From positions 1 to 60,355 of the forward strand of contig CAYJDF010000002.1 of the NCBI GenBank assembly GCA_964368845.1: 60,355 nt of DNA, written 5' to 3'. The stretch comes from an uncultured Desulfovibrionaceae bacterium (GTDB taxonomy: Bacteria > Desulfobacterota > Desulfovibrionia > Desulfovibrionales > Desulfovibrionaceae). A model generated the notes under the pieces. The model had not been told where the DNA came from and ran no database searches. It worked only from the letters and a program-made list of their open reading frames with translations. Of this stretch, positions 55,015 to 60,355 are shown one piece after another. How positions within the stretch are numbered: the stretch's first letter is position 1; each line of letters starts with the position of its first letter. The translations under genes and the position numbers were made by a program.

Positions 55015-55633
55015 GCTATTTATAGGCAAGGTGAACTATTACCTTGCCAACGTGGCTAAGGTATTTGTTTCATGGGAAGCACTTTTGAGCGTGTTATGCA
55101 CGTCTATTCTATCTAGGGATTTTTCTCGTACAAAAGGTGCATTTTTAAGTGTATCAGACATATTTAAGATAGGATAACAGTAACGAAATCTTTTACGCTC
55201 TTGTATTTTTTTCCAGTGCGTGGAGTACTACGCATTAGTAAAAGGTGACGAACTGTACGCGACTCTCTTGTATGCGAGTAGAATGCACGTGTGACGATTA
55301 CGGCACACTTGCACAAAGTTTGAAAACTACAAGTAGCGTGTTGCCATTAGCGAATGAACAACCTTTGCCACAAAGAAATTTACAACTTTTTTGTGGAACA
55401 ACAAAGGACGGAAAAGGCGAAGGCTAAAAAATAAGAGTTACCTTGTGCTCAACTCATAAGGAATGTTAATAGCACAATTACAACGTTCAAATTGTGTTTT
55501 GAATTGAAGGCTTACAATAAAAGTATAGCCTTAAAATTTTAAAAACCGTAAAAATTTCAGCCTTGCGAGTACGCAAGAAAAGCAAGGCATATTTAATATA
55601 TTAGGCTAGTGTTATGCGCTAGCCTTTCTTTTT
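55015..55633 (+). ncRNA. Candidate ~0.6-kb non-coding early transcript / leader
   Basis: Lies downstream of four promoters and ends at an intrinsic terminator. No SD-preceded ORF. Several hairpins; 10 AAGG motifs counted. Confidence 0.35.
55603..55633 (+). terminator. Intrinsic terminator
   Basis: AGGCTAG/CTAGCCT stem followed by TTCTTTTT. Confidence 0.7.
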
Positions 55634-55688
55634 GGGGAAGGAACTACTTGACAGTAGCCAAAGGTGAAACGCTAGTAGTTCCTTCCCT
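55634..55688. other. 14-15 bp hairpin directly after the terminator
   Basis: GGGAAGGAACTACT / AGTAGTTCCTTCCC with a 25-nt loop. Confidence 0.6.
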
Positions 55689-55700
55689 CCTTTGATTAAC

Positions 55701-55745
55701 GGCTCAACAATGTTTCACGTGAAACAAGTCTTGTAAAGTTGAGCC
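55701..55745 (+). promoter_or_regulatory. Operator-like perfect palindrome nested in an 8-bp stem upstream of gene 55765
   Basis: GTTTCACGTGAAAC at 55712-55725, flanked by GGCTCAAC (55701-55708) and GTTGAGCC (55738-55745). Confidence 0.4.
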
Positions 55746-55764
55746 ATTATAAAAGGGGATAATT

Positions 55765-56019
55765 ATGGGACAGTCTATTTCTTTACACAAAATTACCGCT
55801 GATGCGAATAACAAAATATTCGCAATATTTATAAGGGAATCCGTAAAAGGTTTCTCAGGGTCTAAAGAAGAACGTTTAGTGGAGTATTTTTTAGGTACAG
55901 GAGTGGAAGCACACACACGCATACAAGAGCTGAATAATAAATTGCCACGTCTCAATACAGTACATGTTGATTATTGCATGGATGTAGTGCAAAGTGTAAA
56001 CTTTGCTAGCGAAAGCTAG
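55765..56019 (+). CDS. Hypothetical early protein (84 aa)
   Basis: AAGGGG SD; followed by a hairpin terminator. Confidence 0.65.
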   Translation: MGQSISLHKITADANNKIFAIFIRESVKGFSGSKEERLVEYFLGTGVEAHTRIQELNNKLPRLNTVHVDYCMDVVQSVNFASES

Positions 56020-56023
56020 TCAC

Positions 56024-56061
56024 ATAATAGCCTAGACTCTTCTTGTAATCTAGGCTATTAT
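56024..56061 (+). terminator. Terminator-like hairpin
   Basis: 13-bp stem ATAATAGCCTAGA/TCTAGGCTATTAT; weak U-tract. Confidence 0.55.
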
Positions 56062-56108
56062 TGTAACTGGCTTTGTGTTACATTAACATTTTAACCTAGG
56101 AGTATATC

Positions 56109-56792
56109 ATGGCTTATAAATTTAAATACACCGTTGACCAGTTGGCAAATAAGCGTACAACAATCGTAAAGACTGATGCACAATTACGTGACTTAGTCCA
56201 CGATTGTCTTGTTGGTACGCTGCAACATGTTTGTCTTCAACAGAACGGCAAACTGCTCAACGAATTACTAGCCTTGTTTGGTGAAAATACAGCCAACTAC
56301 AAGGCTATTGTAAACTGCATGACGTCAAAGTTTCCAGTGGACTTTGACAAAGATGCTAAAACTTTTCGTTTTAAACAAGCTAAGGCAACGGCTATTGCCA
56401 AAGAAAAGTCTTGGGATTGGCCTAAACTTGAGGAAGGTAAAAAGTTCACTGACGAGCAAATGGCACGTCTTGCAGACCACTGCACATCGCACATGGACGC
56501 CATTAAGTGGCAAGAATTTAAACCTGTAGGGGAAAAGGTTACTAAAGTCTTGACTCAAGAAGACGCAGACAAAGCCATTAAAAAAGTTTTGCAAAAGGCT
56601 GTCGACAACGGGCTTAAGATTAACATTCCAGAGTCATTTGGTATTGCACCTATAGTGAAAGGTGAAGGCATTGACTTTGGTGACAATAACGATTTTATTA
56701 ACACTATAGCCTTGGCTGTAGTAAGCAATCCAGATTTAAAGGACACATTGCTTGCTATATGCGCAAGCCAAGCGCAAGATGTAGCAGCATAA
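56109..56792 (+). CDS. Hypothetical early protein (227 aa)
   Basis: AGGAG SD; flanked by terminators. Confidence 0.75.
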   Translation: MAYKFKYTVDQLANKRTTIVKTDAQLRDLVHDCLVGTLQHVCLQQNGKLLNELLALFGENTANYKAIVNCMTSKFPVDFDKDAKTFRFKQAKATAIAKEKSWDWPKLEEGKKFTDEQMARLADHCTSHMDAIKWQEFKPVGEKVTKVLTQEDADKAIKKVLQKAVDNGLKINIPESFGIAPIVKGEGIDFGDNNDFINTIALAVVSNPDLKDTLLAICASQAQDVAA

Positions 56793-56826
56793 GCAATGGT
56801 GCATTGATGTACAATGGTGCATAACA

Positions 56827-56857
56827 AAAGCCTCAAGCCTTATACGCTTGGGGCTTT
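56827..56857 (+). terminator. Intrinsic terminator-like hairpin
   Basis: AAAGCCTCAAGC / GCTTGGGGCTTT, 12 bp including one G-U pair. Confidence 0.6.
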
Positions 56858-56891
56858 ACTTTATGTAACATATAAAAAGGAGGTGTAACTA

Positions 56892-57119
56892 TTGGCACTA
56901 TCAAGAGTAACAGCAAAATACAAGAGATGCCCAACATCTCTTTGGCTAAGGAAGTGTATCGCAGAACATTGTCCTAAGTGGCATGACACAATGTCACCTA
57001 TTGAACCTGTGTGTGCAATAGGGCAATGGAACTGTGAAAGGTGGAAAGCTGAAACAGACGAGCACAAGAGTATACTTATGTGCTCTAAGTGTGCAAGTAG
57101 GCTAGGTTACTGTAGTTAA
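56892..57119 (+). CDS. Cys-rich small protein (TTG start)
   Basis: AAGGAGG SD 8 nt upstream; eight Cys including CSKC. Confidence 0.55.
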   Translation: MALSRVTAKYKRCPTSLWLRKCIAEHCPKWHDTMSPIEPVCAIGQWNCERWKAETDEHKSILMCSKCASRLGYCS

Positions 57120-57134
57120 ACATGGAGTTGTGTT

Positions 57135-57290
57135 ATGTACGAGATTACATTATATAACATTGAGTCATTAGAAACTAAGCTTCTTCTTATAGAAGCTGTT
57201 AGTCTAGGGGATGCGCTTAGTATTGTGAAATTCTTTTGTGAAGAAAACGAACTGCCCATAAGTGGTAAGAGAGTTCAATATGTGGCATAG
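57135..57290 (+). CDS. Small hypothetical protein (51 aa, below the track cutoff)
   Basis: GGAG SD; hand translation MYEITLYNIESLETK...VQYVA to TAG at 57288-57290. Confidence 0.5.
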   Translation: MYEITLYNIESLETKLLLIEAVSLGDALSIVKFFCEENELPISGKRVQYVA

Positions 57291-57546
57291 CGAGCGGTTA
57301 CTTCGCATTAGAATATTTCTGTACAAGTGGGTATTATCTCCAAGACTTGCGTTTCTTTGCAGAACGCCGTACGTTTGTGTTGCTAGTAAAATGATTACAA
57401 AGTGTATGCATGGTTATGAATACTCTGCAAAAAGAGAATTCTTTTTAGAGATGTGCCCAAAAGCAGGCATTAACAAAGGTTGTGCTGATATTAAAACAAA
57501 AGATTGGCACACTATATTTGATAAAATAAAAAACATGGTGAGGTAG
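57280..57546 (+). CDS. Hypothetical protein (track ORF 57262..57546; ATG 57280 is likelier)
   Basis: ATG overlaps the upstream stop region. Confidence 0.55.
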   Translation: MWHSERLLRIRIFLYKWVLSPRLAFLCRTPYVCVASKMITKCMHGYEYSAKREFFLEMCPKAGINKGCADIKTKDWHTIFDKIKNMVR

Positions 57547-57549
57547 TAT

Positions 57550-57771
57550 ATGTTAGATACTTTAACAGAAGAACAACGGGACACATGTAAGACATTTGCA
57601 TATTATTGTAGGGAACACAATGATTGTCCTTGGGAGATTGAAGGCTACGATAATGTAGTTCGAGAATTTTTTGGTGATACATCTTGTCCCATAAGCACAT
57701 CTTGTAGTTGTGTAGAAGCAGCTCATTGGGCAGAAGTCCTTACGAAACGTATACAAAAAGGAGATGTGTAG
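57550..57771 (+). CDS. Cys-rich small protein, paralog A
   Basis: LTEEQRDTC...CPW...F...CP...W motif shared with the next gene. Confidence 0.6.
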   Translation: MLDTLTEEQRDTCKTFAYYCREHNDCPWEIEGYDNVVREFFGDTSCPISTSCSCVEAAHWAEVLTKRIQKGDV

Positions 57772-58034
57772 TGGATAGACACCACGATGAACAGGAGGCT
57801 AGTTTATTGTATGCTTCCTTGACAGAGGAACAGCGTGTTACCTGTACACTTTTGTCAGACAAGTGCAAAAGATTGCGATGCCCTTGGCAAGGCAAGGAAA
57901 GGCATTACGATTGGGTACAAGAATTGTTTCCTGATAATCGTTGCCCAAGACAAGGGCAAGGTTGCCAAGCTAGCCCTGAAGATTGGGCTGTATATTTAAC
58001 AAAAGCTATCGAAGGAGCGTATATACATGAGTAA
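57771..58034 (+). CDS. Cys-rich small protein, paralog B (GTG start after AAGGAG; track start 57708)
   Basis: LTEEQRVTC...CPW...LF...CP...W motif shared with the previous gene. Confidence 0.55.
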   Translation: MDRHHDEQEASLLYASLTEEQRVTCTLLSDKCKRLRCPWQGKERHYDWVQELFPDNRCPRQGQGCQASPEDWAVYLTKAIEGAYIHE

Positions 58035-58218
58035 GAAAACATATCATCACACAAAATATTCAGACAGCATTTCACCATCTGAAAAGCGTCAACGCAAAGT
58101 GGCTAAGGCTATATATCAACATAAACGTATGCGTGATACCATGCGTTTGCATCAACGTTTACACGCCATGCATTGCTCAAGTGTTGGAGCGTATGAAGAA
58201 GAGGAGTACACGGTATGA
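58027..58218 (+). CDS. Small basic protein
   Basis: ORF with coupled start/stop. Confidence 0.55.
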   Translation: MSKKTYHHTKYSDSISPSEKRQRKVAKAIYQHKRMRDTMRLHQRLHAMHCSSVGAYEEEEYTV

Positions 58219-58460
58219 TTGTTCAAGCTATTGATGACAATGGAAGGATTGTTGCAATAGGTTCTACTAAGTACGTTGCAGCTAAACTTAATTCTTTATC
58301 AAGCGTACAGCGTGGAAGAAAGTACACTATATGTGTACCAAATAATTCTTCCACACGAATGGCAAAACCTTATGACAGTACTCAAGTAGCACTGAACAAA
58401 GGATGGGCTAAATCTTTTGTAAGAGATGGTGATGCCCATGTATACACAAGTCAAACATAA
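58215..58460 (+). CDS. Hypothetical protein
   Basis: GAGGAG SD; ATGA start/stop overlap. Confidence 0.6.
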   Translation: MIVQAIDDNGRIVAIGSTKYVAAKLNSLSSVQRGRKYTICVPNNSSTRMAKPYDSTQVALNKGWAKSFVRDGDAHVYTSQT

Positions 58461-58989
58461 AGTAAAAACTTTTTACTTTGAGAAAAAGGATTGGGATTGT
58501 GTGTACGGGGAACATGGACACAGTATTCATGAAGCATACCCAGCATCTCGTATATGGAGATGCCGTACATGCATATTAAAGTACACTCTTGGTAATATTA
58601 TTGATACATTACCACAAATATCTACAGTATTTGTAAATGTAACGCTGCAAAGCAGGGGTATTCCGTTAAGAATATGTAAGACAGGTACTGTATTTACTGC
58701 TGTGTTTGAACATAAAGGCTATACAGCACATGTTCCTACAGATAATGACGAATACATGGCTTATGCACGACATGTGCAAGGCTATCTAGATGGTTATACT
58801 AGGCAAACACTACGTGCGTTAATATCCTTTTTATACAAAAGGGTTTGCATATTAGGTAAGACATTTAAAACGGCACTGTGCCACAAAACTATACGAAAGG
58901 ATACTCTTGTACGGAACACAAGAGAAGTGTGCCCTTATATGTGTGTACCATATCCCGTAAGTATCTACACAGGAGACATTTATGACTAA
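58426..58989 (+). CDS. Hypothetical protein (start may be 58432 or 58438)
   Basis: ORF; its stop overlaps the next start (ATGACTAA). Confidence 0.65.
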   Translation: MVMPMYTQVKHKVKTFYFEKKDWDCVYGEHGHSIHEAYPASRIWRCRTCILKYTLGNIIDTLPQISTVFVNVTLQSRGIPLRICKTGTVFTAVFEHKGYTAHVPTDNDEYMAYARHVQGYLDGYTRQTLRALISFLYKRVCILGKTFKTALCHKTIRKDTLVRNTREVCPYMCVPYPVSIYTGDIYD

Positions 58990-60355
58990 GAAATCTACTA
59001 TTAATGTGATGGGAATGCAAGATATCATGAACGTGATGGCGGATGCCGCAGTATCTGCTGCGGAGACAGAGGTATCTCGTGAACTCATTAACAAGATGCG
59101 TTCAAAAATGAGTCGCCTTGAGATGGCGTTTGCTTTAGGTCTTGCTATGGTATACTGCACTAAAGATGCAGAAAAATTTAGCAAAGAGTTACGTATTCTT
59201 GAAGCTGCATCTAAAGGTTTAGGCCAAAGCTTTATTGATGATGTATTCTCATACATTGGGCCTGACATCTTAGGCAAAAGTCCTATACTCTCTGACCCTG
59301 AGCAACTCAAGAACCTCAGCAACTTTGAACTGATGGCAGAAGTCATGGCTACATATCGTAAAGAAAAAGAATCAGCATACAATCGTATGTATGATGACTT
59401 CGCTTTTCGTTGCAACAGTGTAGGCAAAGGCAAAGCCAACACTGGTGGTGGTAAAGCTCCTATCCAACTCAAACGTGGTAACAAACCCGTGATGGTCGAG
59501 GGCGAAGATGGACGTAAGACTCCTGCCATGATTGATGGTTTGCGCAAGGACATGTTAAAGTTTAACATGCAAGGTAACCCTAATGGTTGGCCACAAAATG
59601 TAGTTGATATTATCAACATCGCAGGTGAAGCTCGTTCAGCTAAACCCTTACCTACTAAGTCCCGTCTTGACGGCTACATCACTGACAAGAATGGTAGCAT
59701 AGTCAAGAAACATGCTACGTATAACAACGCACAGAGCATTATGGAACTTCACCAAAAGCTGACAGCAGCACAGGAAACATGGGAAGAATCCATAGGTCGT
59801 GCTCTGATATTATCTGATGGTAAAGAACAAGTACCTGCTGAACAAGAAACGTTCAGCTATGATGGTAGTCATGTGTTACTTCCATTACCTGTAGATTATG
59901 GATACGGAACAAGCACTCCAGGCATGTATGATACGTGCCTCATGTGCGCTACAGTTACCCTTACAGATATACCAGCAGGGCATACAGCAACAGTGACAGT
60001 GTCAGCTACTCCTGATAATGTTATTGACGCTACTCCAGTGAATGCTCCTCCTGCTGACCCCAAAAAAGCAGTGATTGGTACTGTAAATAAAGGTGACAAA
60101 TCTTATCAAGGTTTGGTATGCACTAAGTGCTTAAAAGCTTGGCCAAAGACACAGGTGACAACGTATACACCATCAGGTATTGATGCTAATATAGCTGACC
60201 CTCAATACAAAGCTATGGTTACTAAGTTTGACAACTGGCAAGGCTATGAAGTGTGTGGTTCTTGCAAGCAAGAAATGAACAACGCTATAGGCAAAGCCAC
60301 AGCATCCTTTAAGGCATACAAAAGTCTTGAAGAAGTCATGGAAAAAGAAATGGAG
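58982..60355 (+). CDS. N-terminal part of the junction-spanning 608-aa hypothetical protein (no stop in the window; continues at 1-508); two CxxC pairs
   Basis: Translated codon by codon from ATG 58982 to the window end with no stop. Not in the ORF track because it is open-ended. Frame matches 38..508. Confidence 0.8.
   Translation, partial: MTKKSTINVMGMQDIMNVMADAAVSAAETEVSRELINKMRSKMSRLEMAFALGLAMVYCTKDAEKFSKELRILEAASKGLGQSFIDDVFSYIGPDILGKSPILSDPEQLKNLSNFELMAEVMATYRKEKESAYNRMYDDFAFRCNSVGKGKANTGGGKAPIQLKRGNKPVMVEGEDGRKTPAMIDGLRKDMLKFNMQGNPNGWPQNVVDIINIAGEARSAKPLPTKSRLDGYITDKNGSIVKKHATYNNAQSIMELHQKLTAAQETWEESIGRALILSDGKEQVPAEQETFSYDGSHVLLPLPVDYGYGTSTPGMYDTCLMCATVTLTDIPAGHTATVTVSATPDNVIDATPVNAPPADPKKAVIGTVNKGDKSYQGLVCTKCLKAWPKTQVTTYTPSGIDANIADPQYKAMVTKFDNWQGYEVCGSCKQEMNNAIGKATASFKAYKSLEEVMEKEME
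60301..60355. repeat. Second copy of the 55-nt terminal overlap
   Basis: Exact identity to 1-55. Confidence 0.95.

Noticed and set aside
54438-55427. Track ORFs 54438-54653, 54711-54989, 54956-55177 and 55245-55427 in the early non-coding region
   Set aside because: They run through a terminator or through the tandem promoter units, start at GTG/TTG embedded in promoter-proximal repeats, and lack SD sequences. The region is better explained as regulatory / non-coding.
58852-59619. 255-aa minus-strand ORF antisense to the junction-spanning gene
   Set aside because: Its Ser/Leu/Arg-rich composition is typical of antisense frames, and its orientation opposes the whole early block. The plus-strand ORF is 608 codons long and translationally coupled to its neighbour.
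1-60355. Stop-codon reassignment (TAG or TGA recoding), as seen in some gut phages
   Set aside because: All large genes (2108, 854, 709, 665, 619 and 472 aa) are intact under the standard code. Gene density is high on both strands, and the ORF-free gaps contain stops of all three kinds.
1-60355. tRNA genes, CRISPR arrays, integrase/repressor (lysogeny) genes, reverse transcriptase (DGR/retron)
   Set aside because: I scanned the ORF-free gaps by eye for T-loop (GGTTCGAATCC-like) and cloverleaf patterns and for regularly spaced repeats, and found none. No ORF shows tyrosine or serine recombinase, CI-like HTH or YxDD motifs that I could recognise. A tRNAscan/cmscan run would be needed to be definitive.

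Overview
The window is a complete, circularly closed dsDNA phage genome. The first 55 nt are identical to the last 55 nt, giving a unique length of 60,300 bp, and a 608-codon ORF runs across the junction. It is a tailed, podovirus-like and apparently virulent phage: I recognised no integrase, repressor, tRNA, rRNA or CRISPR array. All large ORFs are intact under the standard code.

Layout:
- **Ends / early region (about 52.9-53.7 kb):** ORF-free, highly repetitive DNA, followed by an early region at 53.8-55.7 kb. That region holds four tandem near-consensus sigma70-type promoters and about 0.6 kb of ORF-less transcribed sequence.
- **Plus-strand early/middle block (55.8 kb, through the junction, to 21.0 kb):** many small, often Cys-rich proteins and a T7-like replication set. 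The set includes a Zn-finger/TOPRIM primase, a DnaB/gp4-like helicase, family A DNA polymerase, a PD-(D/E)XK nuclease, T7 endonuclease I-like resolvase, ThyX and MazG-like proteins.
- **Minus-strand late block (51.8 to 21.4 kb):** candidate small terminase, TerL, portal, scaffold, major capsid, connector/tail proteins, GH108 lysin, fibers, SGNH esterase, three low-complexity internal-virion candidates including a 2108-aa giant protein, a GTA-type 3TM holin and a Gly/Ala-rich protein.
- **Isolated plus-strand gene (51.9-52.9 kb):** a 322-aa protein with an HU/IHF-like domain.

Most worth a second look:
- the giant protein, which sits where N4-like phages carry their virion RNA polymerase;
- a stand-alone NrdD glycyl-radical domain inside the tail module;
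- the promoter array plus its AAGG-rich non-coding transcript;
- the GTATAC-iteron / poly-C repeat block;
- two long ORF-free structured regions (1.16-1.73 kb and 2.45-2.86 kb) that bracket a small membrane-protein islet.

All functional calls rest on motifs read by eye and on gene order. No database search was possible.
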